Shown: in pieces, positions 54,352 through 64,000 of the stretch | Layout: each line of letters starts with the position of its first letter | Numbering within the stretch: position 1 is the stretch's first letter | Notes under the pieces: model-generated | Told to the model about the DNA's origin: nothing | The model's input: the letters and a program-made list of their open reading frames with translations, nothing else | Databases searched by the model: none | Origin: Lama guanicoe | Taxonomy: Eukaryota | Assembly (NCBI GenBank): GCA_013239625.1 | Contig: MU053431.1 | Span: 1,142,485 to 1,206,484, forward strand | Length of the DNA stretch: 64,000 nt | Direction: 5' to 3' | Program-made: the position numbers and the translations under genes

Positions 54352-57300
54352 TGAGCAGAGCCTGTGCCTGAATGTGCACGTGTGCACACGCACACACACG
54401 CTCTCACACACGCACACACACATCCTTCTCCGTGGACAGCTTTGGAAGCTTCGCTCCCAGGAAACTCCTGTCCGAGGTCCAGGGTCAAGGCTGAGCTCTG
54501 GCAGGGGGACCCCTGAACAGGAGCAAATCCCCTGCGTGCTCCTTCCTCATTTAGCAAATGGGGACAGAACTGCTGCGTGAGGCACAGGGGGTGTGGAGCT
54601 GGTCCCCCAGGGCCGGGCTAGGGGACAGAACCTAAGTGGGCGTGCTGCGGCGGGTCACGTGTGTGCAGTGCTTCGCCCGTGTAGTCAGTAAATGGTGTGC
54701 ACAAGTCGTTGTGAGCAGGTAAGATTGGGTTGACCATGGAGAAATCAGGGGAGGCTTCTCAGAGAAGGTGGCTTTGCTCTGAGCCTTGGGAGCTGACAGA
54801 ATCAACCATATTTTCTCCTCTTTGGGACCAAGATCCGCTTTTCCTGACCCCTGCTCATCACACACCTGACTTGTTTCAAGCAGTCACAGATACCACCCAG
54901 CGGACTCCTCCTTTGTACCGAGAACCTTCGCTAAGCACCTACTGGGTGCTAGGAGCTGCCGAGGGGACTGGGGAGACAGCCGCGAGTGGGGTCCCTGCTC
55001 ACGTGGGGCTCCCTTTGCAGGAGGGACAAACAGGCAAGGCAGAATCCTCAACAAGACACGCACGTTCAGGAAGCGGCGTGGCTCAGAACGAGTGGCGTGG
55101 GCGCCGTCCCAGAGTGCTGGGGGTGGGGGCGGGGGCACTCAGGGCGCCCCCCGGCCCTGTCTCTGGGAAGGACACTGTAGGAGGGTCCCAGGGCTGTCAC
55201 AGCAAAGGGCCAGAGCTGGAGGCCTGAGGACAAGTGTGTCGTCTCACAGCCCTGGAGGCCTCCGGCCCCGCACAGCCCTAAAGAGGGCTTCGGCTCCGCG
55301 CAGGATGAGTTGACCTGAGGGAAACGGAGGCGGGGAGGGGTGGGCCGGCCAGACCAGGGAGCCCTGCCCGCTCAGCTGCGTGAGCTAAGGGGCCGCTCTG
55401 CCCGCCCGGCGCTGCCGGGAGCTCTGGCTGGCGATGCCGGGCCTTACTCTAGAGGAGGAGGGGGCGGCCCCCAGAGGACCCCTCTGGAAGTCTGCAGAGG
55501 AGAGAGAGGCTCCCCCGCTGGGAAAGCTCAGAGAAGCTGTGGGTTCCAAAGACCCAGGGTGGCCTCCCCAGGCAGGTCGGGTGGAGGCTGGTCCTGGTTT
55601 GCACTTACTTACCAACAAACGGGCAGGCGTGGAGGGAGGGACGGATGGAAGACAGGCCAGCCGGCCCACGAGGAGCGGGAGGAGGAGGAAGGCTGCCTGC
55701 GTTTCCCGGGCAGTCCACTGCTCATTGCCACTCTCCTGCGCGCGCGCACTGAGCTCCCCGTGCGCAGAGCCTGTCCCAGCCCCCGGGGCTCCCCAGGGGC
55801 CCCACAGAGGTCAGCGCGGGCTGGGGGCTGTGTCCTGCAAGTCTTCACAGCTTGAGCCTCCAAACTCCCCGGGAGGAGAATTCTGGTGATGTCTTCCTCT
55901 CCAGGGGAGAAAGTCAGGAGTGCAGGGGCTCCCAATTGCGAGGGGTCGGCGGTCGCAGGGTCACAGGTTCTCGGAGTTCAAGAGAGGCTCTGCCCAAGGG
56001 CCAGCTCCCTCCCTGTGCTAGGGCTGGAAACTCTGGACGCCAGCAGGAGGCAGAACGCACACTGGGGAGCAAGCGGAGGGTTGGAGAGGCCTGGGGAGGG
56101 TCTGCACGCCTGCCCTCCCCAGGGCCTCAGTGAAGCAGACATCAGGGAAGGCCACAGGCGGGCATTTTTTTAAACCCTGTGCAAGGCAACTGGCATGAAT
56201 CCTGGGCCTCGTCCGGCCTTGGGGCCCCCGTGGGCACCCCCACTCCTTCCACAATGACCAGCCCTCTTCAGCCCTGGAGGAAGCTTCGATTTCCTCATCT
56301 CAGGAAGGGGAACGTGAGTGTGGCCTGGATGAGGTGTGGGCCGCCCTGAAGATGGGGGAAGCATCCCTGAAATGCGTCTAAAACCGCCTGCCTGCCCACC
56401 CAGCCCGGACTTTTAACGCTTCCCAGGGCAGCCGGGAGGGGCTCCACCCTGCTGGTGCAACCCAGAGCGCGCAGCTAGGTCAGAGCCTCAGACAAGCACG
56501 GGTCACGTGTGGTGTATGTCCTGCGCTGCCTGGGACACACTCGTACCAAAAATCACCCTTCGTTTGCCTGAAGTTCACATTTAACTGCGCGGTCACTGTT
56601 TGGGTCACTGTCTGGCAACCACCCTGAGGTCACCGGCTCCGCTCTGGGCCCCAGGTGGGGACGGGGCGCCTCTCTGAGAGCCCAGCGTGCGTCTCCCTCC
56701 TCCTCGGTGCCGCAGTGGGTGACACCTGATGGGGGGAGCCTGGAGGGGTGCTGACGGGTGACAAGTTCCCTGAGGTCTGGCCTGCAGATCAGGGGAGGGG
56801 GACGGGACATCTGAGGGCCCCGCCAGGCCAGCCGTCGGGTCGGATCTATGTGACTGGCACCCAGCCTGCCAGGGCTGCACTGTAATATGTCTCGCATCCT
56901 CCAGTGGGAGCTGCAGCGCTCAGCCACCAGAGCCCTTCCCTGGGAACGAATGTGAGCACGGGGTCCGAGGCCACAGAAGGAGACGGCGGTGTCCCCGCCT
57001 CTGAGGATTGCTCCTGGTACCTCAGCTCCGAGGCCACCAGGAGAACAGGAGATACCCGTTCACTTGATGGACTCTGGCGGCTGCCTCCTCCACCCACCAC
57101 ACTGCCAAGTCCTCATGCTGGCCCTGAGGTGGCCCTGCCCTTGCAGCAGACCCACGACATCCAGAGCCACTTTCTCAGGCTCTTGGTTGCAGCAAAGTCG
57201 CCCTCCAGCAGAGAGCCACACACGCGAGTGGAGACGACCTGCCAGGGACCTTCCATCCCACCCTCACCCTGCGCTGCCCTGCGCCCCAGGCTCTGCCCTC

Positions 57301-58294
57301 CCTCTGCACCTGGCCGCCCAGCAAGGGCTCGCGCCCGCTCGGGCCCAGGATGGACCAGCCCCAGCCTGTGTTCCCAGACACACTGAGCACACACAGCAGC
57401 TCCGCCCCCGGCCCTGCTGAACGGGATGGAGTCGGCCCCACCGCACATCCTCCGGCCCCCCCACCTCTCCGCTCCGTCCCACCCCGGAGGCCTGGGCCTC
57501 TCCTTTGGGGCAGCTGCCTCACTGCTCCCCCACCCCGAGCACGTGGCTTCTGAATCTTAAGCAGGTCAAGGGAAAGAATCAAATACAAGCTGTCCGCACT
57601 GATTAGTGCGTCCGCGGGCCGTGGGCGGTGACTGTCCTGAGACAGCTGGGGGACACTTCTCCCTGCCACTTCCACCATGGCACGGCAAGGCCTTGTGTTT
57701 GGGGTGGAAGAGCCTGGGAGGGCCCAGCCGGGAAGGGGCTGTCCCCAGACAGAAGGAGTCGGGGAGGGTGGAAAGCAGGCCTGGGCAGCGGGACTCGTGC
57801 TCCGAGACCCCCGGCTGCATCCAGCTCCCTGCTCCCACTGCCCGCAGGACGTGGGGCCTGGCCCCTCTCAGGCCTCCTACTTGGCGGGGCTTCTCGTGCC
57901 CCCGTTCTTCCTGTCCCCTCACCAGACGTCACCTCCTCAGGGAGGCCTCCCTCATCCCCTCTTGTCTCACTGAATAGGCGCGGGTCCTGCAGAGCCCAGC
58001 ACCAGGGAGACCCCATGTGGGCCGGTCTCCTCTGCTGGGGGCTCCCCTCCTGCCACAAGCCCTGCAGGGGCCGGGTCTGGGCCATCGGAGCTGCTCAAGA
58101 AATGGGAGCTGCTGCCACCACGGCTGCCGTGAGGGCCCTGCTCTAGAGGGGCCAGCGTCACTTGCCCCAGAGTTTCTGGACATTTGCCCAGGGGCCTCCT
58201 CACCCCTCGGCAGCCACCTTTCCTCTTTCTGCTCAGGAATCCAGGTGCTGCTCCGTCGTCTGGTCCTCAGGGAATGAAGGAGTGTCGTCTCTGC

Positions 58295-58380
58295 TTGTGG
58301 ATAAGACAAGGCACAGAGAAGGGCAGTAACCTGCCCAAAGTCACACAGCGAAGAAGGGAGGACCAGGGTTTGAATGCAGG
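58295..58380 (-). mobile_element. MIR SINE fragment
   Basis: ggcacagagaagggcagtaacctgcccaaagtcacacagc...ggtttgaatgcagg. Confidence 0.6.
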
Positions 58381-59824
58381 CCGCACCTCGCCCTCAGCCT
58401 GTGCCGGGCTGACCCTCAGCCGGGGGCGGGGGGACTCAGATTCTGCCTGCAGGTGTGTCCTTTCCAAGATCGGAGCCCCAGGCCTCCCCTCTCCCTCCCT
58501 CTCAGTCTCACAAAGGAAGACTAACACTTGCTAGAGCTCCCTAGCTGCGAGCAGAGCCTTCTCCCAGCCCAGGTTGAAGCGGGAACCATTCTCCCACTAT
58601 GTGGGTCAGTGTGACTTAGCGCCACACCAGTGCGAACCTGTCCTGAGTGCCACAGGGGTTCCAGGTCCCGGCTTTGGGAATCTCAGACACCCACGAGCCC
58701 CCGAGCCGCCCCTGGAGTGGCCGGTGGGAAGGAGGTCAGCTGCTGAGTGTGGGAATGTCACCTTCCGGGGACACAAGCCCACTCCTGGGGGCCCGTGTGG
58801 CCCGTGTCATGTGCAGGGGCCCCTCTCCAGCACCCCTGCCTCCCGCAGTCAGGGACAGTGTCCCCACAAGGAGGCGTGGGATCTGAGGGTGGAGGCCAGC
58901 GTCCCAGCACCAGTGAGGGACGAGGAGAGACACATGGAAAGGCCAAGAGACGGCTCAGTCCCCAGGGCCCAGGTCAGATAAGGCTAGAATGCGGCCGCAG
59001 CGTGGAGGGGTGAGCTGGTGGGAGTGGCCACCCTGGGCCTGTCTGGGGCCACGCAGGGACCTGGGACCAGTGAGAGCTGGGAACAGGGGGCCGGCAACCT
59101 GGGGCTTGAGCCGACCAGTCGGGCGAGCCAGGAGGCTGCATGAGGGAGCGCGTTCTTGGCCTCCCCCGAGGAGACGCTCGTCCACGTGGGCAGTGGGGGG
59201 AGGATGGGAGCAAGGAGGTGTTAACTGAGTGCCTACCGTGTGCCACACACCCTCGTTACTGATGGCGCTGGAAGCAAGACTTCTGGGGCGGCGGGTGCCG
59301 GGCTGGCTGGGACGCCAGCCACCGTGTTGTCCACCTTCTGTCCCGAGCTGCTCCCCGAGGGTAGGGTGCCAGGCCCCTCTGGCTGGCGGTGGCCAGTCCG
59401 TCTTGACTCGGAAACAGACACTGCGAGGCCTCAGCTGCTGCGTCTGGGGAGGGGGGCCTGCCAGGCGCCCTGCAGTCTCCTCGTGAGCTGGGACCCAGAC
59501 TTCCACGCCCTCCCCGTGTGGTGTCCCTCACGTGGCCCGTGTCTCAGCCTCTGTGGCTTTGGCGGGACATCCACACAGCCAACCCCGCAGAGGGCCCCGG
59601 ACAGAGCCCCCTCCCCTCTCTGAAGGACGCTGACCCCCCGCCCCTGAGAACAGCACCGTCTCGGGGGAGAAGACTGCAGGCGCTCCTCAGGACCGGCCTC
59701 CGGCGTGGCAGCGAGTCGCCCCCGGGAGGGGGCACCCGCAGAGCTGCCCCCTGTCTGATTAGGCAGGGCTTTGCAAGCTGGGCGTTTCTGCAGGGTTAAA
59801 ATGTCAGGAGGGCTCGCAGGAGAC

Positions 59825-60030
59825 AGCAGCGCTTCGAGCTCTCTCGTGCGCCCATCAGAGACGCCCCGTCTGCAAGCCGCGTCCGCCCGCCCGGCCCCAG
59901 CCGGCGTGTCGCGGCTGGAGGCGCCGCTGCGGCTCGCGGCGAGGGCGGGCTCCGGCTCCGGCCGCCAAGTCTCAGACCCGCCCGCTTCCGGACACCCGCC
60001 CCACTCGGTCCTCGAGTCCGTGGGCTGCGG
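59825..60030. promoter_or_regulatory. Second small intronic CpG-rich patch
   Basis: gccgcgtccgcccgcccggccccagccggcgtgtcgcggctggaggcgccgctgcggctcgcggcg...; CCGCCC GC boxes. Confidence 0.45.
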
Positions 60031-61645
60031 GCTGCTCACCCAGCAGCTCAGAGCTTCTCCCCGGACCAGGCTGGGCCTAATTTGCGATCACGTGGTCTTC
60101 AGGATCTCTAAGAAAGCAGAGCCGACACCTTTCTGTGGTTTTCAAGAGTCCCCACCCTACATGGCCATCAGAGGAAAGATTTCACAGGGTGGTCACTGCT
60201 GCCGGTGACAACGGTGACCACCACAGTTAATTCTGTCATGTTGCTCAGTTCGGGTGGAATCTCTTGCTTGGTGACAAAACAGGCAACGCCCTCGCTTCAT
60301 GAGAAATGTCACGACAGGTCACGCGGGAGATTCTGAAACTGCTCCTAGAAAGTGAGCTTCTGTAAGCGCTGTGAGGACGCGGCGGCTGAAGGGGTAGGGG
60401 GTGGGGGCTGGTGCGGTGACGCTTCTCAGATTTTTTTATCCCAAAAGCAGCAGTTTATGGTAGAAAGCAGGGTAAGCACAAAGAGAGAGTTATTACCCCC
60501 CACGCTCTCGCTGGGGGCTGAGCCCCGTGGCCACGCGGCGTCCCGCTCGCCCTGGGCACGTCCGTGCCCTCTTGCGGAGGCGGCTGCCTGAGGCACGGGT
60601 CGGTGGGACTGCGGCTGTGCTCAGGGCTGTGTCCTAAACGCCAGGAGTCCTTCCCGCGTCGTCATGGCTTCCTGGGTCTCCGTCGCTGGGATCTGCCGAC
60701 CCTTGTTTCACAAAACACTAAAAAGAAGCTGCCAGTTGAGCCCCGACTTAACGCTTTCCTACCTGGAGTCCCTGTTTCGTTGAAAGAGCCCTTGTAGCTG
60801 ATTGAGGCCGAGCTGGGATGGTGTGACGCCCTCAGGGCTGCATCAGCGGAAGTGCACGAGAGGCAGAGTGGTCTGCGGGTACCCCGCCAGGGGCGGATCC
60901 CGGGGCGGAGCGGCCGGCGCGTGCGCACAAGGGAGAGGGCGGGCTCGTGCCTGGGCGCGGGTGTCTCCTGCTGTGTGGGCGTCGGGACGTCACCACCTGC
61001 CCCAAAATGTCCTGGTAGAACTCGGCTTCCCTTGTTCCTGGAGCCGGAATCCCTCACCTGGCCTCCAGGCCCGTCCCCACCCAGGCCCACCGGGCCCTGC
61101 GCTGTGCCCTGGCCACCCTGGCTACCTCCCGGGGCCTCAGACAGCCCTCGTCCTGCCCGGGAGACAGTCACACCTCTCCAACCCCCTGTTCCCCTGATCC
61201 CTCCAGGAGCCAACCCTGCCTTCAGGTGTAGACTGCCCCCTGCTGTGCTTCCCAGGCCCCCCATCCTGCGTCCCCCCCAGAATGCCTGTGACCTCTTCTA
61301 TAGCAGGACAGCCTGAGCTCCAAGGGGCAGGGTGTTCACAGAGAAAACCCGCTGGGCTCTGCTCCTGGTGTCTTTCAGGGAGAGTTTTAATTGCTAAGGT
61401 GGTGCGGGGCAGCATCTCAGCTGACCGGGGCGTGTAAGTGCCCAGGGGCCAGGGCTGCGCCGACGACCCCCCCAACCCCAACCCTGGCCGAGATGCGAGT
61501 GTCCAGAAGCACATGGGGCACCAGCTTTGGGATTCTTAACACTTGCTGGTTCCCAGCATTTCCAGGGGTTTCCAAATGCCGTCTCCTTGCCGACCTCTAC
61601 TTACTGTCATCACAGGAAGAAATAAGCCCGGGGGGAGATGGGGCA

Positions 61646-61802
61646 GGGGGAGCGGCATGGAGCTGAGTGGTAGAGCACGTGCTTAGCATGCACGAGGTCA
61701 TGGGTTCAATCCCTGGTACCTCCACTAAAGAAAGAAAGAAAGAAACCTAATTACCTCCCACCCCCAAAAAAAAGTTTAAAAGAAAAATTAATTTTAAAAA
61801 AA
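61646..61802 (+). mobile_element. tRNA-derived SINE, resembling camelid Vic-1 family
   Basis: tRNA-like head (agctgagtggtagagcacgtgcttagcatgcacgaggtcatgggttcaatccctggtacctcca) with A-box and B-box GGTTCAATCCC. It is followed by an (aaag)n tract, aaacctaattacctccc and an A-rich tail. The family assignment is from recalled consensus, not a search. Confidence 0.8.
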
Positions 61803-62227
61803 GAAGCTCAAGAGAATGCAGGACAGCGTTTCCTGTGAAGCAAGATGAAAAACGCAAAATAGAAGCCCCCGTCCGTGCCGAGCTCCCCATTGGCCTCTCT
61901 CCACTCACGGATGGAGCCATCAAAGCCACACAGAGCCCCCGGGCCCTCAGGCCCAGAACTGCTTTCTGGGGCCTCCCACCAGCACAGCCTGGCTGGAAGG
62001 GACACTTCCCCACCGTACCTGTTCAGTGAGCCAGGCTGGGACCCACATCTGTCCGCGAGCATCAGCTCAGGGCTATGGCATCTGCAGTGGCGAAGCGGGC
62101 TTGGCACTGTCCCCGGGGGCTCACAGTTCCAGGCTGCAGGGGGCCACAGAGGCACATCGAAGGCTGGGCTTCCCATCAGAGTAGCTGGGGGCTGCCTTGT
62201 GGGATGGCGAGATGGTGACAGAACAGG

Positions 62228-62455
62228 GGCAACTGGCAGGAGGAAGGAGAGGGTGTCCGAGTGGGGACAGTGCAGGCAAAGGTGACAAGGTCAGATAGCA
62301 TGACCTCTGACCCCTGAAGTGGGCAGGAGCCAAGGGTGGGGTGAGCTGGTGCAGGCAGAACAGGGCTCAGGCAACTGGCAGGAGGAAGGAGAGGGTGTCC
62401 GAGTGGGGACAGTGCAGGCAAAGGTGACAAGGTCAGATAGCATGACCTCTGACCC
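62228..62455 (+). repeat. Direct repeat: 86 bp at 62228-62313 repeated at 62370-62455 (period 142 bp)
   Basis: ggcaactggcaggaggaaggagagggtgtccgag...catgacctctgaccc occurs twice, immediately before the gap. Confidence 0.93.
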
Positions 62456-62460
62456 GACCC

Positions 62461-63438
62461 NNNNNNNNNNNNNNNNNNNNNNNNNNNNNNNNNNNNNNNN
62501 NNNNNNNNNNNNNNNNNNNNNNNNNNNNNNNNNNNNNNNNNNNNNNNNNNNNNNNNNNNNNNNNNNNNNNNNNNNNNNNNNNNNNNNNNNNNNNNNNNNN
62601 NNNNNNNNNNNNNNNNNNNNNNNNNNNNNNNNNNNNNNNNNNNNNNNNNNNNNNNNNNNNNNNNNNNNNNNNNNNNNNNNNNNNNNNNNNNNNNNNNNNN
62701 NNNNNNNNNNNNNNNNNNNNNNNNNNNNNNNNNNNNNNNNNNNNNNNNNNNNNNNNNNNNNNNNNNNNNNNNNNNNNNNNNNNNNNNNNNNNNNNNNNNN
62801 NNNNNNNNNNNNNNNNNNNNNNNNNNNNNNNNNNNNNNNNNNNNNNNNNNNNNNNNNNNNNNNNNNNNNNNNNNNNNNNNNNNNNNNNNNNNNNNNNNNN
62901 NNNNNNNNNNNNNNNNNNNNNNNNNNNNNNNNNNNNNNNNNNNNNNNNNNNNNNNNNNNNNNNNNNNNNNNNNNNNNNNNNNNNNNNNNNNNNNNNNNNN
63001 NNNNNNNNNNNNNNNNNNNNNNNNNNNNNNNNNNNNNNNNNNNNNNNNNNNNNNNNNNNNNNNNNNNNNNNNNNNNNNNNNNNNNNNNNNNNNNNNNNNN
63101 NNNNNNNNNNNNNNNNNNNNNNNNNNNNNNNNNNNNNNNNNNNNNNNNNNNNNNNNNNNNNNNNNNNNNNNNNNNNNNNNNNNNNNNNNNNNNNNNNNNN
63201 NNNNNNNNNNNNNNNNNNNNNNNNNNNNNNNNNNNNNNNNNNNNNNNNNNNNNNNNNNNNNNNNNNNNNNNNNNNNNNNNNNNNNNNNNNNNNNNNNNNN
63301 NNNNNNNNNNNNNNNNNNNNNNNNNNNNNNNNNNNNNNNNNNNNNNNNNNNNNNNNNNNNNNNNNNNNNNNNNNNNNNNNNNNNNNNNNNNNNNNNNNNN
63401 NNNNNNNNNNNNNNNNNNNNNNNNNNNNNNNNNNNNNC
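62461..63438. other. Assembly gap (978 N)
   Basis: Run of N characters. Confidence 1.
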
Positions 63439-64000
63439 CCGGGGCCTCAGACAGCCCTCGTCCTGCCCGGGAGACAGTCACACCTCTCCAACCCCCTGTT
63501 CCCCTGATCCCTCCAGGAGCCAACCCTGCCTTCAGGTGTAGACTGCCCCCTGCTGTGCTTCCCAGGCCCCCCATCCTGCGTCCCCCCCAGAATGCCTGTG
63601 ACCTCTTCTATAGCAGGACAGCCTGAGCTCCAAGGGGCAGGGTGTTCACAGAGAAAACCCGCTGGGCTCTGCTCCTGGTGTCTTTCAGGGAGAGTTTTAA
63701 TTGCTAAGGTGGTGCGGGGCAGCATCTCAGCTGACCGGGGCGTGTAAGTGCCCAGGGGCCAGGGCTGCGCCGACGACCCCCCCAACCCCAACCCTGGCCG
63801 AGATGCGAGTGTCCAGAAGCACATGGGGCACCAGCTTTGGGATTCTTAACACTTGCTGGTTCCCAGCATTTCCAGGGGTTTCCAAATGCCGTCTCCTTGC
63901 CGACCTCTACTTACTGTCATCACAGGAAGAAATAAGCCCGGGGGGAGATGGGGCAGGGGGAGCGGCATGGAGCTGAGTGGTAGAGCACGTGCTTAGCATG
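63439..64000 (+). repeat. Direct duplicate of 61129-61690 (offset 2310 bp), including the start of the SINE
   Basis: The sequence after the gap matches 61129-61690 with no differences seen by eye. The ORF track gives identical peptides (61137-61514 vs 63447-63824; 61391-61666 vs 63701-63976). Confidence 0.97.

Noticed and set aside
54372..54422. Alternating purine-pyrimidine (CA/TG) tract with small palindrome; similar tract at ~6156-6205
   Set aside because: Common degenerate microsatellites with no evidence of function.
61646..61725. Possible tRNA gene
   Set aside because: Degenerate tRNA-like head followed by a SINE body and A-rich tail, so it is a SINE rather than a functional tRNA.
62291..63626. 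427 and 435 aa ORFs
   Set aside because: They span the N gap and are mostly X residues.

Overview
This is GC-rich mammalian genomic DNA, probably camelid judging from a Vic-1-like tRNA-derived SINE. The whole window lies inside the + strand CDH4 (R-cadherin) gene. Three internal coding exons are present (38253-38408, 41398-41542, 54101-54273); they encode most of EC1 and the first part of EC2 and probably correspond to human exons 5-7. The rest is intron, containing old interspersed repeats (L1, L2, MIR, MLT1/ERV LTRs), a 1.4-kb CAC/CAT array built from a perfect 45-bp higher-order unit, a CACCTG (E-box) hexamer array, two CpG-island-like patches and several AT-rich, TAAT-dense candidate enhancers. 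There is also a 978-N assembly gap flanked by duplicated sequence. The most notable anomaly is that the 5' splice site after the first exon reads CTGAGT instead of GTGAGT. This is either a splice-destroying allele or a consensus error. I found no evidence of a novel multi-gene system, and almost all ORFs in the supplied track are chance ORFs in GC-rich intron.
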